In this document: positions 52,001 through 64,000 of the stretch, piece by piece
How the letters are laid out: every line of letters starts with the position of its first letter
Position numbering within the stretch: the first letter of the stretch is position 1
Source: Bugula neritina
Lineage: Eukaryota > Animalia > Bryozoa
Length of the DNA stretch: 64,000 nt
NCBI GenBank assembly: GCA_964035545.1
Contig: OZ037772.1
Location: 496,001-560,000 of the forward strand
Direction: 5' to 3'
Notes under the pieces: model-generated
The model's input: the letters and a program-made list of their open reading frames with translations, nothing else
Told to the model about the DNA's origin: nothing
The model's database searches: none
Position numbers and translations under genes: made by a program

Positions 52001-55000
52001 CTTCTGAGTCACTGCGTTCTCATTCTTTTCTATTAGTTCACATTGTGTAAATGGATGCTCGTACGAATGAATATGTGGCTGTGGTCTCATTGATGTATTC
52101 ATTCGAAGATGGTCATAATGTAATATATCAGGCTGTGTCTGAATACTACTATTAGGTTAGTTACCACCAACACACAAGTCTCGCAGTGAATAAACAGTTG
52201 ACGTGCACACAGCCGGGAGTCAGACTGATACTGTACAATATACCTCAATATCAGAGATGGCAGAGTTGAGAGTACAGGACCAGTTGACGAGTCGGTTAGC
52301 TCTGTAGATCACACCTTTCTCGTGCATTCTGATAAACGCTTCGTTCACCGCTTTCAAAGATTTCTAATAAACAATTATATATTAGTCATGTGTCAAGTGT
52401 GAACTGATTGGAAACAAGGCCTCATGATTAACCAATCATAGAGAGGATAACACACTGAGTCAGTAAACAGTCGACACGGCATATAGACTCCACTACTCAA
52501 ACATAATACATGTATAGAGAGGATAACTCCTCACCTCATCCACAGTGAACGTAGTTCTGTCCCAGTCATAAGACCCGCCCACTTTCCTCAACTGATGGTA
52601 GATTCTGTCTCCTTTTCTATAGAAATTATATAATAACACTGACCAATCGTTGTGCTGCAAAACTTAGTTATATTAGCAACTTAAATAATGAGTCCAATGA
52701 TAGAGTGTGATGAAGTAAACCTATATTTAACTTTTTGTATATTCAATTATATATATTAATTTTATCATATTATCATATATATTATATATTATCTTATATC
52801 AAACTGTAGCAACTGCACACCAATAAGATAAAATAAAAACTCAAACCCGAATACTAAGTCGCCATGAAATGCATTTTCAAGATAAAATATTCCCTTACTG
52901 GTTCTTCCAGTCCCACACTCGTCTCACAAACTCATCTCGTCCCAAATCGTGTCGAGTTTTATTCTCTTCTCTAGCGAGTTTTTTCTCGACGACAACTTGA
53001 GTGGCTATTCCTGCATGATCACATCCGGGTACAAACAGTGTCACCTTCCCATTCATCCGGTGCCTGACAAGACAGCAGAACTGACACCTGCAGACACCTG
53101 ACAACACAAGCATATCAGACACCTGTAGATATTCTGGAAATGTGCTGAGAGAAATATCTGTGGTTGAAACAACATCAATATAATAGATGAATGACTTATG
53201 CCAACCGGTACTTAACACAAATTTTATCAGCATTCAAAAAAGAATTAACAGGGGGATGTTCATAGCCTGTCTGTGGAATATGTCAAAGTGACTTGGCAAG
53301 ATGCCGAAATGCCATGTAGTCACCACCAGAGGAATGGTGTCTACTGTTACATGCTATAAGCTACATACACTACCAGTTTAGTGACTAGGTAAGTACGGAG
53401 TTGTCTCATCTATATGAATGAACATCTCACCACCGAACTATCGCATCCTCAACTGCCCCCGTGAGGCCATGTCCTAGGTAAAGAGTCCCGGTCACATTAG
53501 GGGGAGGGATCAGGATGATAAACTTCTCTTCAGGTGTGAGTTTCAGCACATCTCTACCTGTTACAAAGCAACCAATCACATCTCTCTCGGTTACAAAGTA
53601 AAAAGCAACCAATCACAGTACCTGTTACAACAGAGTAACAAATCACACCTCTACGTGTTAGAAGTAACCAATCACACATTATAGACTTTACTATGATGAG
53701 AAGTGTACCTTTGAGATTATACTCAGGTTTGAAAAATCCTTCCTTCTCCCACCAAAAGTACCAGGCAGCTTCCACATAGGACGGGGAGTAAGAATCAGGC
53801 ATGGGACACGTCGTGTCTAGAATAACAGAAAACTATAAAGTATAGGGGAGCAGCTGTGGTCTAGGGGTTCGAGCGTTTGTCTAGTGAACACGAAGCCATT
53901 GTTTGACAAAGGCCATTGGTGACGTTAGGAAGAGCATCTAGTCATAATTGCTCCTGTGCCACATCTAAATAAGTCCTTAGCCTGTTTTAACAAAAATGCT
54001 TTCCACCAGGAGTCTCTCACAAGGTTGGTGACTATACACTGATATCTAGATATACTAAGTTGAGACTTGTCTTCTACTGGTCCATACAGTTCAAATATGA
54101 TAAACGCATGTATAAATACAATAATCTATTCATGGCCCATAGTCTAACCACCAACCAGGACGAATAAATAAGACGGTGGCCTGACACTACTACTACTACA
54201 ACTTATATAACTTATACACAGCAGACTGTTAGGAGTATTTGAATCTGAGGCTATCCAATGTATGAGTAGGGCAGCCCTAAATGTAGGATATTGGAATACC
54301 ATGTCTTATTACTTCAGTCTAAAGCAGTGTTTATACCTTCACGATTTTCAGTCAGAAATTCAGTTTTGCCGAGTTGCATTTCATTGTAAAAGCCAATCAT
54401 CAAAATTTTTGCTTTGTGCATGCTTAATCAAATAATTTTAGAGTAACAATCAAAGGGAATAATAACCCCTTTAGATATGGGGTATTCATGTTTATAATTA
54501 CATCGGCTGTCTTTTTCAATTATCACTTTTATGCTGTCAACTTAATTTATTACGTTTTCAAAGGGCATCAAATAGTGATTAAGCGAGTTATATTTGAGTA
54601 TTACAGAGTGAGCTTCCTTATTATTATCAACAACTTTAAGTAAGACTATAGAGGGGCGGGAAACACTGAACTCCTTTCAGTAAAGATAGAAACGCAACTT
54701 CAGTTCTAACTGCTTACACACATAACTGTGTGTTCACTACCGAGCAGTGTACACTGATAAATCAGTGCTTCAACTGAAACTTGTAAGTAAAGGAATGAAG
54801 AGCTCAATTGAGTATAAAATGTAGAGAATAATTGAACTGAACCTTCCTTATGGCCAACTGGTGTGTCATCGACATACGTTACTACAGCCTTCTCCTTTTT
54901 CTCTTTCACTTTTTTCTAGGAAAAAAAAATCAAATTTGAAGAAAATAAAATGGAAATTGTTAGCTACAGATACAGACAACTTCCAGGTAAAAGTACAACC

Positions 55001-55446
55001 ATACAGTCGCAATACGAATATGTAATTCAAGTAACACTTTCATGTAGAAGTACAACCATAAATATGAATAGAAAGTAACAAATATATACATTTAGGAGCA
55101 GTAGTGTAGAAATCGAGATAGCCTAGGTTCTTTAATCTTATTATCAAATTTTGGTTTGGGGTTTGGGTTGAAATTCTTACAAAAACACAACTTCTTATGC
55201 TACATTTCTAATCTAGAACACAGGCTTTCTCAATTTCTCCATTACTGCACCTACCTTAGTATATATAGAACCTGTAACTAACTAAACAGACACCTCAGTA
55301 GTCGTGGCAGACTCTGCCTTCTGTTTAGCCTGCTTAGCTTGAAACTTGGCTAGTTTAGCAGCTTTAGCAGCTTCTTTCTATAACCCTTTCTCAGATTTCA
55401 CCTTGACCTCGCCAGTTGGCGCATCACCAGGGTTCACTTCCGACAT
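49099..55446 (-). pseudogene. VARS1: Cytosolic valyl-tRNA synthetase, 5' half only, unprocessed pseudogene, copy 2
   Basis: Same exons plus [14 protein letters not shown] (HIGH His changed to Tyr), RFDACKAV..NPMVVPVC and SRSKDIIEPIPKPQ*; nonsense codons at 55378-55380, 51838-51840 and 49554-49556. Confidence 0.93.
50807..51060. repeat. 23-bp minisatellite, about 11 units
   Basis: Paralog of 15614-16170. Confidence 0.93.
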
Positions 55447-56416
55447 GTTCGTTTATTGTGAGACTTTCCTTAAAACACAATCAGCCGGCATGGAACTAAT
55501 AGATATGTCAATACTAAACATACAAACTATTGACCCAGTATAGTTATAGACAGATATCTTAATACCAATAATATAAACTAATGGCTCAGTATTGCCTTAG
55601 TTATGCGTGGGGGTTCAGTGATAAAACGCCTATAAACCACACAGTTCAATAATGAAAGACTGTGACTTTTCACGAACAGACATCTCATCTCTGATTCTAA
55701 TGAAAAATCACGAAATTTTCAGACAAACGATACTGCATTTCAACTTTGTGACTATCACATGATAATAATCATTGTCATTTGAAAGATTCTGCTAAAATCG
55801 AAATGCCAATGTTAATCACAAGGTCAACCATAAATGACTCAGTCTGATGACTGACGGTTATGCTTAATGATTAATTAGTAATATGAATAGATTGCAAGTG
55901 ATCAGCATGATGATGGTGATTATTGCTTTTCACCATCAAAGGTCAAACTTTGTAATTGCAGCTTGAAATGTAAAATTAAAAATATTACTTTTATTTAATT
56001 ATACGAGTATAACTTACTATCATAACAACATTCAACTTTATGTAGTCATTATGAACATGATAATGGTTTACCTTTTACTTTAGATGATAATTATACTATT
56101 CACGATTATCATTATGTCTACCATTATGATTATCTCAACTTTAACTTATCAATTACGATAATTAACCATTTATTTTCAATGATAAAAACTTAAATCATTG
56201 AATGAACACTAAAAGTAATTTAAATTCACACTTTTATTATCATAACTATCAAATTAATATTAATAGGCATATTTGATTTTTAGATTACAATAATAATTAT
56301 CAAATCATGGTATAGAATTAAATATTATAGTTAATATTATTATAAATATAATTAATATAATTGTATTTATTGAAACTAAAATAGTAAGGTAAACTAAATG
56401 AATTATCGACATGAGT

Positions 56417-56825
56417 GTGAGTATGAGTAGGCCACAACTAGAAGGTGCAGCAGCAATTTGAGATCCCCGTTTGCAATACCTCATCAAAGATATAGAACAG
56501 GTGCAAAATAATGCAATCAGATTCATTGCTAAATTGAAAGGCAGAGACAGTATCACTGTGGCACGTGACAAACTAAACCTAGAATCTCTCCCCGACAGAC
56601 GCTTCAAGCTGAGGCACAAGTTACTGTTGCGACTTCTATCTAATGAGGGAAATCAGGCATCTCTAACCAACTCCTATGAACTGATGAACAGTAAAACCTA
56701 AAATACTAGGTTTACTAAGGCATCAAGCAGGGACGATCCTCCAACCATTTTTGCAAAATCAGCAGCCTACTACAGCAGCTTCTTTCCAAAAACAGCCCGA
56801 GAGCTTAAGTCTATGCTAAATAATT
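56417..56825 (+). mobile_element. Old 3' LINE fragment, copy 2
   Basis: Paralog of 21165-21570 (RPQLEG..). Confidence 0.75.
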
Positions 56826-57629
56826 AGTCAATGCACCAGAGTTGTATATGTGCAACATACTGAAAATACTTGCTAGCCTGTAATCGGCAACTGTAGAGGT
56901 GTGCCTCTTGCTACATGCTCTAATGCGTGTAAGAGGTAAGAGGACTATCAATATGACTATCAATATTAGTAGGAGTACCCAAGTACCAGTAGACATAGTA
57001 GCTGTAGAAAGTCTATCCCAATCAGTAACTGTAAGCCGTGAGGGCTGAGAGTATAACTAGGAATATAAAAAACTATAACTTGAGTATAACTAAGTGAAGG
57101 TGAGTTAACATAAATTAAAAAATAATAAATATAATTACTACAAAATCAAAATGAAATATGCATTATGATTATAAATATTTATATTTTTATTTTATAATAA
57201 TTTTTTAATTTATTTATATCATTTTATTTAGGTTCATTACCTTTCATTATGATTATTGAAATTCATAAATCATATTCATAATGATAACGATAATGATAAT
57301 CACTTAAAAAAAATTGATAAACCCATAATCATAATGATTATTATTATCATTTATCGCTTATCAGTGATAATCATAATCATAACGATGATCTTGATCATAA
57401 TCAATATGAATATCAATATCATGTTATACTTATTCAATAATTATAATTGATTGATTCTTATTCATATTAATAATGAATAAAAAATTATAGCATATAGCAT
57501 ATAGCATATAATTTATTTCACAGTGCGACAAGATTATCTAGACGGTGCGCTTACGCCTCTCATTCTACTTAAGCAATATCCAATTGTACGGTTTTTATGA
57601 CTTTAAAATCCGTTTTTGAGAAGCAAGGC

Positions 57630-58066
57630 CAGTGTGGTATATTTAAGAGTGTTGCCATTAGCAAATCTTACGGAATCATATGGGCGCCATTATGCCGAGA
57701 TTGGTACCGCGAGTTTATATAAGTTATAAAGGAAAAATTTTGCCACTTTTGTTATTTTATTTTTTTTCTATTTTATGTGTACATTTTTTCTAATTTTTTT
57801 ATTGGTAAAGTTTTTAAACACATTTTTAATGCACATAAAATTAAAAGAAAAATTAAAACTCAATCATGCACATAAATACAAAGCTATAAAGTTAAAGCTT
57901 CGCTGTGATTTTAATGTGAATATGAATTGAATAATGCTTGCAATAATCATTATACACAAAATACGTTACAGTTGCTATAAATGTAAGACTAGTTAATTGG
58001 ATGCAAATAGGCACGGTAATACTACTTAATTTATGCTATTTTTGAATTTTGTAGTAAATATTTGGC

Positions 58067-58159
<93 letters not shown>

Positions 58160-58317
58160 ATATTAATATATATATATAATATATAATATTATTATATGTA
58201 TATATATATAAATTATATATAATATCATTATATATATAATGTATATAATTTATTATATAATATAATAATATATTATATATGATATTATTATATATATAAT
58301 ATAATATATAATATAAT

Positions 58318-58359
<42 letters not shown>

Positions 58360-59410
58360 ATATTATTATATATATAATATAATATATAATATAATATTAT
58401 AATATATATATATATATATATTATATATGATATTATTATATATATATAATATATAATATATTAATGTATAATATATTATTGTAATATATATATATATATA
58501 TCATATATAATATAATATATAATATAATAATATATTATATATGATATTATATATATAATATATATATAATATAATATATAATATAATAATATATAATATA
58601 TTATTAAAATATATATATATATTATTATAATATATATATATTTATTATATATAATATTATTATACTTGTATAATATATATATATAATATAATATAATATA
58701 TAATATATAATAATATATAATATATTATTATAATATATATATATATTATAAATAATATAATATAATAATATATTTTATATGATATTATATATATATAATA
58801 TATATATAATATAATATATAATATAATGATATATAATATATTATTAAAATATATATATATATTATTATAATATATATATATATTATATATAATATTATTA
58901 TACTTGTATGATATATATATATAATATAATATAATATATAATATATTATTATAATATATATATATTATAAATAATATAATATAATAATATATTTTATATG
59001 ATATTATATATATATAATATATATATAATATAATATATAATATAATGATATATAATATATTATTAAAATATATATATATTATTATAATATATATATATAT
59101 TATATATAGTATTATTATACTTGTATAATATATATATATAATATAATATAAAATACATAATATATTATTATAATATATATATATATTATAAATAATATAA
59201 TATAATAATATATTTTATATGATATTATATATATATAATATAATATAAAATATAATAATATATAATATATTATTCTAATATATATATATAATTATAGTAT
59301 ATATATATTATATATAATATTATTATACTTATATAATATATATATAATATAACAATATATAATATAAAAATATATAATATATTATTATAATATATATATA
59401 TATATGTATA

Positions 59411-59477
<67 letters not shown>

Positions 59478-59902
59478 CATGCCGAATATTTACTACAAAT
59501 TCCAAAAATAGCATAAATTAAATAGTATTACCGTGCCTATTTGCATCCAATTTACTAGTCTTACATTTATAGCAACTGTAACGTATTTTGTGTAAAATGG
59601 TTATTGCAAGCATTATTCAATTCATATTCACATTGTAATCACAGTGAAGCTTAAACTTTATAGCTTTGTATTTACGTGCATGATTAAGTTTTAATTTTTT
59701 TTAAATTTTATATGTATTGAAAATATGTTTAAAAACTTTACCAATAAACAAAACTAAAAAAAATAGACACATAATATAAAAAAAAAATAAAATCACAAAA
59801 GTGGCAAAATTTTTCCTTTATAACTTATATAAACTTGCGGTACCATTAGCGACATAATGATTTTTCATGGTTTAAAGTCAACACTCTTAATATACCACAC
59901 TG
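57630..59902. mobile_element. Non-autonomous foldback DNA transposon with about 430-bp imperfect TIRs, AT-rich core and 8-bp TSD AGCAAGGC (hAT-like)
   Basis: cagtgtggtata...tataccacactg; TSD at 57622-57629 and 59903-59910; single AGCAAGGC at the empty site near 22607; arms about 57630-58070 and 59477-59902. Confidence 0.92.
58070..59477. repeat. (AT)n low-complexity core with a higher-order repeat of roughly 210-240 bp
   Basis: Almost pure A/T; tatacttgtat marker recurs near 58661, 58879 and 59115. Confidence 0.9.
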
Positions 59903-61194
59903 AGCAAGGCTAGATAGAAGTTAATGATCGATATTGACTCGCTAAGAGTTTTCATGTAAACCCGCAAACTACAACTTTTAACTTGACCGCAAAGCTGGAA
60001 GTACGATAAGCGTCGCCGTATTGATTTCAGGCGAATTTTAGTTGATTTCTTTCAAACTGTTGAGAAGTAATATTTGCTTCCATTTTATGTCTGTATCAGC
60101 CATCAGGGCTATCGCGATACAATTATACATGTTCTTAATTCAATCAATATTATGAAATAATTAATGTAAGAAATTCAATTTTGACTATATAGAATAATCT
60201 CAATCTGAATAAGTATTATTTATTTATTGTAACACTTGCACATCGTCTTACTCTTACTCTTACTCTTAGTCAGATAACATAGTACATACTGATACTCATA
60301 CTGATACTCAATCCCATACTCAATCTCATACTGAGGCTGATACTCATAGTGATAGTCTTTGCCAGATTATTGCTAGATAATTTAAGCTAGTACTAGTACT
60401 ACTACTAGTAGTACTAGTACTAGTAGTACTACTACTAGTACTAGTAGTAGTACTAATAATCACAGTACTAAAGTAAATTAGTAGTACTAATAGTAATCGT
60501 ATTAGAGTAATACTAATACTAATAGTAATACTACCACTAGTAGTAGCAGTAGTGCTAGTAGTAGTAGGCTACATGATGATGATCATTATGATTATGATTA
60601 TGAAGATGGTTTTTACTATAACTATTACGGTATGAGTATAACTATAACTGTATTAGTATTTGATTTTATTTTGCATTGCTAATTGAAGAGCATGCGTTAA
60701 AATTAACTGTTTCTCTCTTTTCTCTACATTTCAAGTTGCACACTAATAGACATATATGCTTTCAATTTTTTTGGTCTATCTTTAAGTTGTTAAACTTGAC
60801 CAGTATGACTACAACTAACTGTAACTAGAATAAAATATTGGATGATAGAGAAGTTCCATACCGTTACACCTCCTTTGACTTGTGCTACCGTCGGTAGTGC
60901 TAAAAGAGTGGAGCCAAAGAAAAGCATAATCACAGAATTCACAGCCTGCTGGTTTGAGATTTTTGTGGTCTAGAGATTGTACTGGGTTACAGAGATATTT
61001 TTCCCGTCTGTGAATTTTTGATCCCTGCGGTTGTTTCTGACTGTGGGTAGTTGGAGGTGTTGAGGGAGTGGGCTCACTGGGTAGGCTATATTATTGTAAT
61101 CATATTAACCAACTTGACAGTTTACTAATTCATTGTCTAACTCTGTCTGTCTTAGTCTAGTAACACTATTTATTTACTTATTAGTTTAATTAAA

Positions 61195-62660
61195 TTACTA
61201 GTTTATATTACCAAGGTATATTACTAGTTTATGTTACCAAGTTATATCACTATTTTATGTTACCAAGTTAAATTACTAGTTTATATTACCAAGTTATATT
61301 ACTAGTTTATATTACCAATTTATATTACTAATTTATGTTACCAAGTTTACTAGTTAATGCTACCAAGTTATATTACTAGTTTTTGTTACCAAGTTATATT
61401 ACTAGTTTTTGTTACCAAGCTATATTACTAGTTTATGTTACCAATTTATATTACTAGTTTATATTACCAAGTTATATTACTAGTTTATATCACCAAGTTA
61501 TATTACTAGTTTATGTTACCAAGTTATATTACTAGTTTATATTACCAAGTTATATTACTAGTTTATATTACCAAGTTATATTACTAGTTTATATTACCAA
61601 GTTATATTACTAGTTTATATTACCAAGTTATATTACTAGTTTATATTACCAAGTTATATTACTAGTTTATATCACCAAGTTATTAGACTAGTTTATATTG
61701 CCAAGTTATAATACTAGTTTATATTACAAAGGTATTTTACTAGTTTATATTACCAAGTTATATAACTAGTTTATATTACCAAGTTGTATTGTTAGTTTAT
61801 ATTACCAAGTTATATTACTAGTTTATGTTACCAAGTTATATTACTAGTTTATGTTACCAAGTTATATTACTAGTTTATATTACCAAGTTATATTACTAGT
61901 TTATATTACCAAGTTATATTACTAGTTTATATCACCAAGTTATATTACTAGTTTATATTACCAAGTTATATTACTAGTTTATGTTACCAAGTTATATTAC
62001 TAGTTTATGTTACCAAGTTATATTACTAGTTTATGTTACCAAGTTATATTACTAGTTTATATTACCAAGTTATATTACTAGTTTATATCACCAAGTTATA
62101 TTACTAGTTTATATTACCAAGTTATATTACTAGTTTATATTACCAAGTTATATTACTAGTTTATATTACCAAGTTATATTACTAGTTTATGTTACCAAGT
62201 TATATTACTAGTTTATATTACCAAGTTATATTACTAGTTTATATTACCAAGTTATATTACTAGTTTATATCACCAAGTTATATTACTAGTTTATATTACC
62301 AAGTTATATTACTAGTTTATATTACCAAGTTATATTACTAGTTTATATCACCAAGTTATATTACTAGTTTATGTTACCAAGTTATATTACTAGTTTATAT
62401 TACCAAGTTATATTACTAGTTTATGTTACCAAGTTATATTACTAGTTTATATCACCAAGTTATATTACTAGTTTATATTACCAAGTTATCTTACTAGTTT
62501 ATTTTACCAAGTTATATTACTAGTTTATATTACCAAGTTATATTACTAGTTTATGTTACCAAGTTATATTACTAGTTTATGTTACCAAGTTATATTACTA
62601 GTTTATATTACCAAGTTATATTACTAGTTTATGTTAGCAAGTTATATTACTAGTTTATAC
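61195..62660. repeat. 26-bp minisatellite (ttaccaagttatattactagtttata), more than 50 units
   Basis: Tandem units. Confidence 0.96.
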
Positions 62661-62759
62661 TGCTAGTATTCAACAACTACCCTCCAGCACATCTCAACTC
62701 TGACGCACCTGCACTGACTAATCATCCGTATAGTTTATAGTTTTTGTTGAATTCTTCAG

Positions 62760-63696
62760 ACCCTGAGAACTGTGCGTGTGGCTTCACCTGCGAGTGTGGT
62801 GCCTGTGTTGGGGTATGTGACCTTGACAGAGACTGTGGGAAGCTGCAGATCTGTTTGGAGAAAAGATGTTATCAGCAGGCCTCACCAGATGACAGAACTG
62901 TTGTCTGGGATCTTTATCACTCAGAACTAGTAGAACGTTCTTCAGGTTTGAATGCGAAATCTTTGTTCTAAACTCTATTAGAGTTTAAAAGTGTTGCTGT
63001 CTGTTGTACTTATATCTGTGCTGGCCAGGATTTTTGAATGATTTTTGTTATGTATTTACGTAACAGAGTGTAACCTTAAAGCTGAATTTGCTTTATTTTC
63101 CACATATTTTGGTTTGCGATTTTTCAGTAGAAACGAGGCATCACACTTGGTGTGATTATCAGCATTTTTTGCAGGTGCTTCTATCCGTGTACTGACAACA
63201 CATCCTGTCCTAGTGATGGACAAATCTGTCACCATAGTGTCTGTAAAGAGGGCTGTCAGGTGAGTAGTCGCTATGACCTACACTGCGAGTTATTGATGAC
63301 TTTCATACTATGAGTTGTGACTGCCTACTATAATTTATACTGCGAGTCCAAGTAGCTGCTGTAACTTATGCTGTGAGTCATGACTAACTGAAATCACTTA
63401 TACTGTGAGTCATGACTAACTGATATCACTTATACTGTGAGTCAATTATCAAAAATAGCAAAGAAGTAGAGATATGTTGTGTATGTGAGATATGTGAGGT
63501 TATTTAGTGACTAGTTCGCTATTTATAGAGTTTTGTTTCTATTAATAGACTCTACTGAAAATGAACAATATGGATCTGAGTTTACTGAATGCATATCCAA
63601 CATATGCTATCAGCTTTATCCTCTCAACAATCCAGATCTTTCTGATGCTGAGCAGGACAGACTCTTTGATGATCGGCTGGATCTACAGAATGATGG
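62760..63696 (+). other. Exon-like segments of a cysteine-rich repeat protein (about 62760-62945, 63175-63259, 63550-63696), possibly a pseudogene fragment
   Basis: AG/GT-bounded segments reading CACGFTCECGACVGVCDLDRDCGKLQICLEKRCYQ, CFYPCTDNTSCPSDGQICHHSVCKEGCQ and ECISNICYQ; phases do not join cleanly. Confidence 0.5.
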
Positions 63697-63699
63697 TAA

Positions 63700-64000
63700 G
63701 TTACTCTGTTAGTACAGTTACTCTGTTAGTACAGTTACTCTGTTAGTATAGTTACTCTGTTAATATAGTTACTGTGTTAGTATAGTTACTCTGTTAGTAT
63801 AGTTACTCTGTTAGTATAGTTACTCTGTTAGTATAGTTACTATGTTAGTATAGTTACTCTGTTAGTATAGTTACTCTGTTAGTATAGTTACTCTGTTAGT
63901 ACAGTTACTCTGTTAGTACAGTTACTCTGTTAGTATAGTTACTCTGTTAGTATAGTTACTCTGTTAGTATAATTACTCTGTTAGTATAGTTACTCTGTTA
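63700..64000. repeat. 17-bp intronic minisatellite (gttactctgttagtata), runs off the window end
   Basis: Tandem units. Confidence 0.94.

Larger units (their letters stand above)
38966..60250 (+). repeat. Segmental duplication, copy 2 (true left boundary is probably further left)
   Basis: Collinear with 1..22922. Confidence 0.97.

Noticed and set aside
60828-61046. Possible degenerate exon (ILDDREVPYRYTSFDLCYRR*..)
   Set aside because: Multiple stops and no recognisable family.

Overview
AT-rich, intron- and minisatellite-rich eukaryotic DNA, probably from an invertebrate animal (spliceosomal GT-AG introns, fibrillar collagen); no prokaryotic features. The window is dominated by a direct segmental duplication: 1..22922 is repeated at 38966..60250, high-90s % identity by eye. 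Each copy carries a spliced RING/B-box/coiled-coil/beta-propeller (TRIM-NHL-like) gene on + with open reading frames, and a 3'-truncated, decaying cytosolic valyl-tRNA synthetase pseudogene on -. Between the copies lie a one-ended Harbinger-type transposon with a spliced MADF gene, a 5'-truncated fibrillar collagen pseudogene, a young LINE inside a 17-bp satellite, and hAT/MITE remnants. Copy 1 alone has a very young Gmr1-type Gypsy element lacking RT. Copy 2 alone has a long-TIR foldback element with an 8-bp TSD. The strongest signal is in the two TRIM paralogs: by hand count about 34 amino-acid-changing versus 5 silent codons in the propeller exon, but 9 versus 10 in the B-box/coiled-coil exons. 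This suggests a diversifying recognition (immune-type) gene family amplified inside a transposon-bounded mosaic of dead gene fragments. All alignments, counts and domain calls were made by eye, without database searches.
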